Positions 47,957-56,933 of a stretch of DNA of 63,705 bases are shown piece after piece. The translations under genes were made by a program, and so were the position numbers. Numbering within the stretch: the stretch's first letter is position 1; each line of letters opens with the position of its first letter. This stretch comes from Candidatus Shapirobacteria bacterium CG_4_10_14_0_8_um_filter_39_15. Lineage in GTDB: Bacteria > Patescibacteriota > Microgenomatia > UM-FILTER-39-15. The stretch spans positions 1 through 63,705 of the forward strand of contig PFLE01000008.1 of assembly GCA_002784465.1 (NCBI GenBank), read 5' to 3'. The notes under the pieces were generated by a model. That model saw only the letters and a list, made by a program, of their open reading frames with translations, made no database searches and was not told the origin of the DNA.

Positions 47957-50542
47957 ATGGAAAAATATAATCCTTCAGAATTTGAATCCAAATGGGTTAA
48001 GGTCTGGGACGAGGCCGGAATTTACAAGGCAAAAGATTTTGATTCCAAGCCCAAGAAATACATTTTATTTGAGTTTCCATATCCTTCTGGAGAGCGTCTT
48101 CATGTTGGTCACGGCCGGAGTTATACCGCTTTGGACGCCATGGCCAGAAAATACCGGATGCAGGGATATAATGTTTTGCTGCCGATTGGTTGGGATGCTT
48201 TCGGTTTGCCGGCGGAAAATTACGCGATCAAAATGGGCGTCAATCCGGCAGTGACAACTAAGGAAAACGTTGCCAATGCCAAAGCCCAGGTAAAAAGTTG
48301 GGGAGTCTCAATCGATTGGGACAGAGAAATCAATACGACTGATCCAAAGTATTATAAATGGACTCAATGGATCTTTTTAAAGCTTCTGGAAAAAGGATTG
48401 GCATATCAATCCGAAGTCGCGGTCAACTGGTGTCCGTTTTGCAAGACAAACCTGGCTGATGAAGAGGTTTTAGCCGACGGAACTCACGAGCGCTGTAGTA
48501 ATCAAACCGAGCGGCGGATGCAAAAACAATGGGTTTTAAAAATTACTGCGTATGCCGAACGTTTGCTTGAGGACTTAAAAACAGTTAATTACTTGCCCAA
48601 AATCCGGATTCAGCAGGAGAACTGGATTGGAAAAAGTGAAGGAGTTCACCTAAAATTCGAATTAAAGGGTCATCCTGAACGCAGTGAAGGATCTTCTCTT
48701 ACTGTTTTTACCACAGCCATAGATACCGTTTTTGGCGCAACCTTTATGGTAATTGCGCCGGAATATGCCCAAAATTTGCATGAATTAATTCCCGCAAATT
48801 CCCAAAAAACCGTAACAGAATATATCAAAAATGCTCTTAAGAAATCAGAATTAGAAAGACAAACGCAAGATAAAACAAAGACAGGAGTTGATACCGGAAT
48901 AAAAGTTATCAATCCATTGAGTGGTAAAGAGATACCTGTTTTTGTCGCGGATTATGTTTTAAGCAATTATGGAACCGGGGCGGTGATGGGAGTACCGGGA
49001 CACGATACCCGGGATTTTGAATTTGCCCAAAAATACAGCTTGCCCGTAATTATAGTGATCAAGCCGGAAGAAAACGAAGTAATAGACTTTTGGGATTATA
49101 ATAAAATCAAGGAATATCGCGGCAAATCAATCTTAATAAATTCTGGCAAATATGATGGGATGACTGCTAAAGAGGCAAAAGAAAAGCTGGTTAATGAACT
49201 TGTGGAAAAAGGAATTGGCGAAAAAACCGTTAATTTCCATTTGCGTGATTGGGTTTTTTCCCGCCAGCATTACTGGGGCGAACCAATACCGGTTCTTCAT
49301 TGTCCGAAATGCGGTATTGTCCCGATTCCTGAAGATCAGTTGCCGGTTAAATTACCTTACGTTGAAAAATATCAGCCAACCGGAACCGGAGAATCGCCAT
49401 TGGCCCAAATGACGGACTGGGTAAATACGACCTGCCCGAAATGCGGTGGTCCTGCCAAGAGAGAAACCGACACGATGCCAAACTGGGCCGGATCCAATTG
49501 GTACTTTCTCGGTTATTTAATTACGGGTCATCCTGAACGGAGTGAAGGATCTAGCAGCGGCGTTTCGGGACGTACCGTCTGGTACATCCCATCGCTAGAT
49601 TCTTCGGTTTCGCCTCAGAATGACATCTTTAGTGAAAATAAAGACATATTTGAATACTGGATGCCGGTGGATTTGTATAACGGGGGAATGGAACACACCA
49701 CTTTGCATTTATTGTATTCCAGATTTATTTATAAATTCTTATATGATATTGGTGTGGTTCCGACTTCCGAACCTTATGCCCGCCGGACATCTCACGGAAT
49801 GGTTTTAGGGCCGAATGGCGAAAAGATGAGCAAGTCGCGGGGGAATGTGATTAATCCTGATGAAACAATTAAAGCTTATGGTTCCGATACCTTCAGGTTA
49901 TACGAGTCTTTTATGGGGCCTTTTGATCAAACTATTGCCTGGAGTGAGGAAGGGGTTGAGGGTTGCTACCGGTTTTTGAGGCGAGTATGGGTATTAGCTT
50001 CGCAAGGGGACGCCTTGCGAAATCAAACCTCTCAATCTTTAAAAAGAGCTTTGGCGAAGACAATTAAAAAAGTGGGGGAGGATATAGATAAGATGAAGTT
50101 TAATACGGCCGTGGCCGCCATGATGGAGTTGGTGAATGCTTGGACTGCTGACAAAAACGGTTTGAGTAATGAGGATTTGAAAAAGTTTTTACTGATTTTA
50201 GCGCCATTTGCCCCGTTTATAACAGAGGAGCTCTGGCAGCGAGATGTTGAATCTTTGAATTCTGGAAATCTTGATGTCAAAAATTCCAACAGATGGTCTA
50301 TCCATCAGCAGTCTTGGCCGAAGTTTGATCCGAAATTAATCGAGGATGAGGAAACGATAATCGTGATTCAGGTGAATGGAAAAGTGAGAAGCCAGATTCG
50401 AGCGGGAAGCAAGATGCGGGAGGCGAGAAGCGAGATAGAAGCGTTGGCAAAGTCTAATGACAGAGTGTTAAAATACCTTGAGGGAAAAGAAATTAAAAAA
50501 GTGATTTTTGTGCCTGGAAAACTGATAAACTTCGTGATCTAA
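47957..50542 (+). CDS. leuS: leucine--tRNA ligase
   Basis: HVGH and KMSKS motifs, 861 aa. In-frame P3 repeat insertions at 48668-48697 and 49527-49624. Confidence 0.95.
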   Translation: MEKYNPSEFESKWVKVWDEAGIYKAKDFDSKPKKYILFEFPYPSGERLHVGHGRSYTALDAMARKYRMQGYNVLLPIGWDAFGLPAENYAIKMGVNPAVTTKENVANAKAQVKSWGVSIDWDREINTTDPKYYKWTQWIFLKLLEKGLAYQSEVAVNWCPFCKTNLADEEVLADGTHERCSNQTERRMQKQWVLKITAYAERLLEDLKTVNYLPKIRIQQENWIGKSEGVHLKFELKGHPERSEGSSLTVFTTAIDTVFGATFMVIAPEYAQNLHELIPANSQKTVTEYIKNALKKSELERQTQDKTKTGVDTGIKVINPLSGKEIPVFVADYVLSNYGTGAVMGVPGHDTRDFEFAQKYSLPVIIVIKPEENEVIDFWDYNKIKEYRGKSILINSGKYDGMTAKEAKEKLVNELVEKGIGEKTVNFHLRDWVFSRQHYWGEPIPVLHCPKCGIVPIPEDQLPVKLPYVEKYQPTGTGESPLAQMTDWVNTTCPKCGGPAKRETDTMPNWAGSNWYFLGYLITGHPERSEGSSSGVSGRTVWYIPSLDSSVSPQNDIFSENKDIFEYWMPVDLYNGGMEHTTLHLLYSRFIYKFLYDIGVVPTSEPYARRTSHGMVLGPNGEKMSKSRGNVINPDETIKAYGSDTFRLYESFMGPFDQTIAWSEEGVEGCYRFLRRVWVLASQGDALRNQTSQSLKRALAKTIKKVGEDIDKMKFNTAVAAMMELVNAWTADKNGLSNEDLKKFLLILAPFAPFITEELWQRDVESLNSGNLDVKNSNRWSIHQQSWPKFDPKLIEDEETIIVIQVNGKVRSQIRAGSKMREARSEIEALAKSNDRVLKYLEGKEIKKVIFVPGKLINFVI

Positions 50543-50630
50543 CGCGTCATTCTGAACGGAGTGAAGGATCTTCTTTAACAATTTAATTTTCAGCCCATCT
50601 TTATTCCGCCAAATTCTATTATTTACGTTT

Positions 50631-50668
50631 GTTACAGTTCAGTATACAAAAGTATACCGTACTGTAAC
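50631..50668. promoter_or_regulatory. 38-nt palindrome (candidate operator) upstream of the yerC-like gene
   Basis: GTTACAGTTCAGTATACAAAAGTATACCGTACTGTAAC. Confidence 0.4.
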
Positions 50669-51163
50669 TTGACAACGAAAATAAATAAGTTTAGAGTTTG
50701 GTTAATGCCTAGAGTTTCGAAAAAGCGAGAAGTAGACAAAGAAAAACAAAAGCTTTTTATTGATGATTTCTATTCCGCTGTCACTTCGCTTAAAGATAAA
50801 GATGAAGTTCGGGAATTCTTCGAAGATCTTTTAACCACAGAAGAAAAATTAATGCTAGCCAAGCGATTTCAGGCGGCAATGATGTTGAACTTGGATTATT
50901 TATGGGATGAAATTGACGAGAGAATAAAAGTGACTCGTTCAACAATTGCTGGGGTTTATCAGAATACTAAATTTGGATTTGGTGGTTTAGGAAGAGTGGC
51001 CGGAAGGATTGTTGAACTAAAGAAAAAGAAAAAAGCGGAGATCGTAAAACGATTTGAAAAAGTTCAAAAGGGGAATCTGGCTCCAACTCTGGTTCAGGCG
51101 GGAATAGGATTATTAATTCAGGAAAAAAGACGGTTAAGAAAGCAAAAATCCGTGACTTCATAG
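50669..51163 (+). CDS. TrpR-like YerC/YecD-family DNA-binding protein
   Basis: FFEDLLTTEEKLMLAKRFQAAMML ... STIAGV. The likely start is the ATG at 50706. Confidence 0.65.
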   Translation: MTTKINKFRVWLMPRVSKKREVDKEKQKLFIDDFYSAVTSLKDKDEVREFFEDLLTTEEKLMLAKRFQAAMMLNLDYLWDEIDERIKVTRSTIAGVYQNTKFGFGGLGRVAGRIVELKKKKKAEIVKRFEKVQKGNLAPTLVQAGIGLLIQEKRRLRKQKSVTS

Positions 51164-51168
51164 CCTTA

Positions 51169-51204
51169 TTACAGTCTGGTATACTAAATATACTGTACCG
51201 TAAT
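51169..51204. promoter_or_regulatory. second copy of the palindrome, upstream of comEA
   Basis: ATTACAGTCTGGTATACTAAATATACTGTACCGTAAT. Confidence 0.4.
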
Positions 51205-51218
51205 GAATGTAAAAGTAT

Positions 51219-51932
51219 ATGGTAGAGATAGAAGAAACAAAAGAAATTGATTTGAAACTCAATAGCAAAGATCCAGAGAAAGACGAGAAAGTAAATCTTT
51301 GGGGCGGGCTTGATGCCGCCTCAATTTTAGAAAAACATAAAATTCCTTTGGTAATAGGCCTATCGGGTTTAGTCTTAATCCTGGGCGGGATTTTTTTAAT
51401 ACTTAAATCCAATCAATCTGAAGATAAAATTGAAATTATTCCGGCCGGTTCGGAAACTACAACCAGTCAAAAAATTAAAGCGGATATCGAAGGGGCAGTG
51501 ATTAAGCCGGGCGTGTATGAACTTGATTCTAGCAGCAGGGTTAACGATCTGCTAATTATGGCTGGTGGGCTTTCGGCGCAGGCTGATCGGGACTGGGTGC
51601 AGATGACTTTGAATCTGGCCCAGAAAGTGACGGACGGAACCAAGATTTTTATTCCGGATAAAAAAGAAGTGGGAAGCACTTCGACTTCGCTCAGTGTAAA
51701 TGGGAAGGTGGAAGCTGGAAATGGGACGGTAAACGGACAGCAAACAACCACGTTGATAAACATTAACACCGCTTCGGCCACCGAACTGGATACGCTTTGG
51801 GGAGTAGGACCGGCAACCGCCCAAAAGATTATTGATAACCGGCCGTATCAATCAATTGATGATTTGGTTAATAAAAAAGTGGTGAACAAGAGCGTGTTTG
51901 AGAGAATTAAGGGCTTGATAACTGTTTATTAA
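51219..51932 (+). CDS. comEA: ComEA-family DNA-binding competence protein
   Basis: TM anchor, SLBB-like middle, C-terminal helix-hairpin-helix INTASATELDTLWGVGPATAQKII. Confidence 0.85.
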   Translation: MVEIEETKEIDLKLNSKDPEKDEKVNLWGGLDAASILEKHKIPLVIGLSGLVLILGGIFLILKSNQSEDKIEIIPAGSETTTSQKIKADIEGAVIKPGVYELDSSSRVNDLLIMAGGLSAQADRDWVQMTLNLAQKVTDGTKIFIPDKKEVGSTSTSLSVNGKVEAGNGTVNGQQTTTLININTASATELDTLWGVGPATAQKIIDNRPYQSIDDLVNKKVVNKSVFERIKGLITVY

Positions 51933-51994
51933 AACTAAAGTCATTCGGAGGCGTAGCCGAAGAATCTAGTGAAAGATCCTTCGTTTCACTCAGG

Positions 51995-53131
51995 ATGACA
52001 CCCCAAAGAATGAGACACTTTGTCATCTTATTACTCCTATTGATATTGTTTTTCTGGCGGTTTTCAACGATTAAAACTCCAAATTACTCTAACGGAACAC
52101 AAATAAGAATTACTGCCACTTTGAAAACAGCACCTCAAGTTTCCGGAGGGACCCAAAAATTTTCTCTGTCTGGCATCAAAATCACTACCTGGAAATATCC
52201 GGAATATCAATATGGAGACCGGTTGATTGTTTCAGGAGTTGTGAAGAATAATAGTTTAGAGATGCCTGGAATAGAGAAGCGGGAGGCGGGAAGCCCTTAC
52301 AGGGTAAACGAGATGCGAGATGCGGGAAACGGGATATCAGATATTGGATATTTGATATTCGAGTTAAGAAATCAGATAGATAAAAAATTTCGGAAAAATT
52401 TACCGGAACCGGAGGCTAGTTTATTGTCCGGAATTACTCTGGGATTAAAATCAAATCTGCCAAAAGATTTTTATTACAACCTGCAAAAAACCGGAACCAT
52501 GCATATTATCGTTGCCTCGGGGATGAATGTGGCGTTGGTTTCCGGAACAATCACGACTTTTTTATTGTGGTTTTTTTCCAGGAAAAAAGCGGTAATACTT
52601 TCAATTATTTTGATCTGGTTTTATGTAGAGTTAGCGGGTGGCGATGTTCCCGTGGTTCGGGCGGGGATAATGGGGTCGGTTGTCCTTCTGGCCCAATTTT
52701 TCGGCCGGGAACCGGATGTTCTTAATGCCCTGGGGGTTGCTGTGGCGATAATTGTTTTTATCAACCCTGCCAGCTTAAATGATATAGGCTTTCAATTGTC
52801 GTTTGCTGCGACCTTAGGTATCGTAATGCTTTCAAAAAAGTTGAGCAGTTTGCTCTCAAGACTGCCAGAAAGAGTTAGAAACGATCTTGGACAAACTTTA
52901 TCAGCCCAACTTTTTACTTTACCGATCATGCTTTTAAACTTTGGTTATTATTCCTGGATTTCCGTTCCGGTTAATTTGCTGGTTGCCTGGCCATTGGTTT
53001 GGATATTAAGATTGGGATTAGTAGCGGGATTTGTCGGAATATTGTTTGCGCCCTTGGGTTATCTGATTTGCCTTTTTATATTGCCGTTGTTAAGCTATTT
53101 TGTTAGAGTGGTGGAGTTATTTGGAAAATAA
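51995..53131 (+). CDS. comEC: ComEC/Rec2 membrane channel part (DUF4131 plus Competence domain)
   Basis: Typical ComEC TM core. The start codon lies inside a P3 repeat (CAGGATGAC). In-frame word insertion at 52274-52334. Confidence 0.8.
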   Translation: MTPQRMRHFVILLLLLILFFWRFSTIKTPNYSNGTQIRITATLKTAPQVSGGTQKFSLSGIKITTWKYPEYQYGDRLIVSGVVKNNSLEMPGIEKREAGSPYRVNEMRDAGNGISDIGYLIFELRNQIDKKFRKNLPEPEASLLSGITLGLKSNLPKDFYYNLQKTGTMHIIVASGMNVALVSGTITTFLLWFFSRKKAVILSIILIWFYVELAGGDVPVVRAGIMGSVVLLAQFFGREPDVLNALGVAVAIIVFINPASLNDIGFQLSFAATLGIVMLSKKLSSLLSRLPERVRNDLGQTLSAQLFTLPIMLLNFGYYSWISVPVNLLVAWPLVWILRLGLVAGFVGILFAPLGYLICLFILPLLSYFVRVVELFGK

Positions 53132-53136
53132 AAAAC

Positions 53137-53251
53137 TAGTAAACCAGAAAATCAGAAGATCGGGTTAAGTAAATCTGAGAGCAGAATATCAGCCGCTACT
53201 GATTCCCGCTCTCTGTTCTCTTGCTCTGATATACTGATTAACTGATAATCT
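53137..53251. repeat. family P1 palindrome separating the two comEC parts
   Basis: AGTAAACCAGAAAATCAGAAGATCGGGTTAAGTAAATCTGAGAGCAG ... CGCTCTCTGTTCTCTTGCTCTGATATACTGATTAACTGAT. Confidence 0.7.
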
Positions 53252-53257
53252 TATATT

Positions 53258-54187
53258 ATGGATTTTAAACTAAAATATTTCATTTCCAGCCTGACTTTAC
53301 TATTGGTGCTTCTGGTTTGGGGGATTATTTCCTTTCCTGACCAAAAGCTTCATCTTATTTTTTGTGATGTGGGCCAAGGAGACGCGATTTTGGCGATAAA
53401 AGGGGACACGCAGATTCTAATTGATGGCGGTCCGAATGATAAAGTGCTGGGATGTTTATCTAAACATATACCCTTTTGGGACAGAACAATTGAAATGATA
53501 ATTTCGACTCACCCGGACAGCGACCATCTGTCGGGACTGGTTTCTGTTATACAAAGATACAATGTGAGCCAGATATTGGCTAATTCATTGGTGACCAATA
53601 CCGGGGTCTTTGGCAAATTCCGGTCCGAAGTGATAGCGAAAAAAATTCCGGTTTTCAGCCCGAAATCTGGGGATGAAATTAAGATTTCGAACCTGGATTT
53701 TAAAATTTTATTTCCGGAAGAAAAATTAGGGAACGAAACATTGTGGCACACTTCGGCTTCGCTCAGTGCAAGTGATTTGAAGGTATTGGGAATTTCCGCT
53801 TATACCGGGGAAATTAACGCCACCATGATCGTTTCCGAGCTGGAATACGGGAATTTTAAAGCTCTACTGACGGGAGATATTGGGGTTGACCAGGAAACCC
53901 TCCTTCGCTCCTCGGTTGACCTCGGAGCTACGGAAGGGCAAGGAGGCATTGATATTCTAAAAGTAGCGCATCACGGAAGTAAATATTCCAGTTCTCAAGA
54001 ATTTCTGGACCTGATTCGGCCCAAACTGGCAATAATCTCCGTTGGTGCCAATAACAACTATGGTCATCCTACAAGCGAAGTGCTTGATCGTCTAAAAACC
54101 ATCGGCGCCAAGATTTTGAGGACGGATATCAATGGAGAGATTGAAGTAATGACCAATGGTGTAGGATGGAAAGTAAAAAATAATTGA
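53258..54187 (+). CDS. comEC: ComEC C-terminal metallo-beta-lactamase-fold domain as a separate ORF
   Basis: VGQGDA ... THPDSDHLSG ... VAHHGS motifs. Confidence 0.8.
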   Translation: MDFKLKYFISSLTLLLVLLVWGIISFPDQKLHLIFCDVGQGDAILAIKGDTQILIDGGPNDKVLGCLSKHIPFWDRTIEMIISTHPDSDHLSGLVSVIQRYNVSQILANSLVTNTGVFGKFRSEVIAKKIPVFSPKSGDEIKISNLDFKILFPEEKLGNETLWHTSASLSASDLKVLGISAYTGEINATMIVSELEYGNFKALLTGDIGVDQETLLRSSVDLGATEGQGGIDILKVAHHGSKYSSSQEFLDLIRPKLAIISVGANNNYGHPTSEVLDRLKTIGAKILRTDINGEIEVMTNGVGWKVKNN

Positions 54188-54241
54188 CTATTGTGTTATT
54201 GAAAGCTTCAAGAAAACCAAGGGCTTTAGCCCGCGGATGAA

Positions 54242-54610
54242 TTGAAGCTGACAAAACATCTTCCCTTAAAGGCAGAATACCCTGGACTTTATTGCAAAGC
54301 ATCAAGCCTTGCTTATTCCAGGGAAGATGTTATACTTTTATATAGAATGTCACCGTCGTTAAAACAATTAAGGGGTAAGGATGGTTGGAATGTCCACCTG
54401 GAAGACGTTTGGTTTATCGGTTCCGGTAAGAGTGGAACAGAAGCTGGAGCAAAATATACTCTTTTAAATGCCAATCTGGATTCAGGAACAGTTAGGCTAC
54501 GAGATCAAATGGACCAGACGGTAGAAATCCATCCTAATACAGATGCCTTCTTGAGAATGGAAAATATTAATCGTGGTCCTCGGGGTGGGGTAGAAAGACA
54601 AGGCGGGTAA
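54242..54610 (+). CDS. hypothetical protein
   Basis: 122-aa ORF in a GC-richer island. The start is uncertain. Confidence 0.4.
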   Translation: MKLTKHLPLKAEYPGLYCKASSLAYSREDVILLYRMSPSLKQLRGKDGWNVHLEDVWFIGSGKSGTEAGAKYTLLNANLDSGTVRLRDQMDQTVEIHPNTDAFLRMENINRGPRGGVERQGG

Positions 54611-54768
54611 GGATACACTAAGGATACTCTTGACGTATTATCAAACCCCTGAACTTCAAAAAGCCCCATAATATTTGATGTTTGTGCTATAATTTAGATA
54701 TCTGAATTCGAAGGTACATTAACAACCTAGGACAAAAGCAACCAAAATCTGGAAAAAGGAGGAGAAAA

Positions 54769-55732
54769 ATGGACGACGAAATCGACGTCTTTGATTCTTG
54801 GGGGAAATATCTTGGAAGGTTCATCTCCGCAGGTGGAGGGGGTACCGGATGCTTTTTTACGATTTTGCTCGTACTGCTTGCCTTCACGATTTTTCTTCCA
54901 ATCTGGCTTTTTAAAAAGGGAATAGATCGCTGGAGGGAAGGAAAAAAGGAGGTTGCTCTTGCTTACTGGTCGGCATTACTGATCCTCATTGGACTTCTAT
55001 CCTTTAACTACGTACACGACAGAGTTCAGGAGGCGAATGCAGACACTGCAAGACAGCAAGCGTATCAGCGAACAGAACAGCAAGCAAAACAAACAGAGCA
55101 GGTTCAACAGCAACACCTCCAAAAGGCTCGAGAAGCTGCAGAAAGAATTCCCCAAAATGTATCCATCGACGAAGTAGAAGTAACACGGTTGGATATAAAG
55201 TTCACTGTCACAAATCACGGAGAGTATCCACTTAATATCTCCAATAACTGTCGCGAAAAGGTCGTAGCAAGGCTTCGGCTGGATCAAAAATGGGTAGATG
55301 AGACCTGCACAACGATATTAGGACCTCAATACGGTCTTCTTTCACCCAATTCCTCCGCACGATACACGCTAGGCCGAGTCGCTACCTATGGGATCGACAT
55401 CCCTATAACAGCAATCTGTGTTCCTGCCTGGATTTGGCTCATGGACAAGGGAAAAGTATTGCCCGAGAAAAATCCACCATTTGTCTGCAAAGAACTCACA
55501 AAGCCCGCAGGGCAGCAAACAGCAATTCCTGCCCCGAGGGCAACAACTATCGTTAAGCCTGCCCCCGTGGCAACACCAATCGTTTACGTTGTTCAACCGG
55601 GAGATACGCTCGGGAAAATCGCCGCTCAATATAGAGTCTCAATCGGGTCGATTGCCAGGACTCAACAATATCCAAAATGTCGACTTGATCGTGGTTGGCC
55701 AGCGATTGACTATTCCGACACCATCTCCTTGA
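54769..55732 (+). pseudogene. membrane protein with a C-terminal LysM domain, frameshift near 55655
   Basis: The LysM begins YVVQPGDTLGKIAAQYRVSIGSIA in ORF 54769..55851. It finishes LNNIQNVDLIVVGQRLTIP in ORF 55418..55732. Confidence 0.55.
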
Positions 55733-56028
55733 GTTTGTTATATCCGCCCCGGTTGGGTTTTAAGAAAGACGATTTTTGTCAATCTTTACTCACCCGGGGC
55801 GTTTTCGTTCTAAGTATACCCTTCCAGCTGAGGTTAAGAGATATCTTATAATGTTGACATTTGATAAAAACAGTGATTTAATATTATATGGTTTAACATA
55901 TATAGACTGCTTTTCTGTCGTCTTAAAAATTGCTTTAAGAAGGGCAGGAAAGAATATTGCTCTTTAAAAGTCAAAGCAGGAAAAAGAAAGTTTGCTTGAG
56001 AGTAGCACTCTGGGTATTAGATTGCTAA

Positions 56029-56787
56029 GTGCTTAGAGAGTTGCTTTTCAAGCAAAGAAGGACAAAAGGAAAGGAGGAACAAATGACATTACAAGCATTG
56101 ACATGCCCTCAGTGCGGTTCTCGAGATTTCGAAGATACGGCTTGGAATACCCGAAGATGTCAGCATTGCGGTACTGTCTCGAGGCTTTCGGATGATCGTC
56201 TCCGGCTTGAGATACTCGTATGGGCTTGTCCAAAATGTGGCTTCAACAACGAAAGAGAAGTTAGGTTTTGTGCCAAATGTGGGCAAGCTCTCCTGCGTAA
56301 TTGCCCTGTTTGTGCCACTGAAACAAGGAGTGCCGCCGAGTTCTGTGAGAATTGCGGGGTCAATTTCGATGAGGTTCCCCTAATCGTTGAGTGGCTTCAG
56401 CACATCAAGGGGATACTAGGCCAATATGGAGCTTCCCCATCAATGGTAGGAACAATAGCGCAGGGCTCATTTCCAGCGGTCTTCGATACTCTGGTGAGAC
56501 TAGTAGGAAGCCTGAAGATAAGGTTCTACCTAAGTCACTCTCCCTGCAGGGTTAAGAGTGCCAATACGCAAACGGGTGAAATCGTTGGCATGATGGGTTC
56601 CGCTTGGCAGATCAAGTGGCCAATAAGGGTGCTCATTCAATCTAACACCAGCAAGCACCGGGGTGTCGCTGTTATCTGCACCGGGCCTATTTTCGCGGCA
56701 AAGGCAGAGACACTTAGCATCGCACAGCAAATTCTCCAGGCCATATCTGCAGCGATGAAAACGATTCCAATAACCCACCTTATGTAG
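56029..56787 (+). CDS. multi-zinc-ribbon hypothetical protein
   Basis: Cys pairs CPQCG...CQHCG, CPKCG...CAKCG and CPVC...CENCG. Confidence 0.55.
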   Translation: MLRELLFKQRRTKGKEEQMTLQALTCPQCGSRDFEDTAWNTRRCQHCGTVSRLSDDRLRLEILVWACPKCGFNNEREVRFCAKCGQALLRNCPVCATETRSAAEFCENCGVNFDEVPLIVEWLQHIKGILGQYGASPSMVGTIAQGSFPAVFDTLVRLVGSLKIRFYLSHSPCRVKSANTQTGEIVGMMGSAWQIKWPIRVLIQSNTSKHRGVAVICTGPIFAAKAETLSIAQQILQAISAAMKTIPITHLM

Positions 56788-56933
56788 AGGTGTATGCCGA
56801 AGAGTGTTTCCTGCTTTGAGTTTGTTATATCCGCCCCGGGGGGTTAGAAAGACTAATAAGTCAATCTTATCCGCCGGGTTTTTGTTTTAAGCATAGATTT
56901 TGTATATCCTACTTGACAAAATAAGTATCTATT

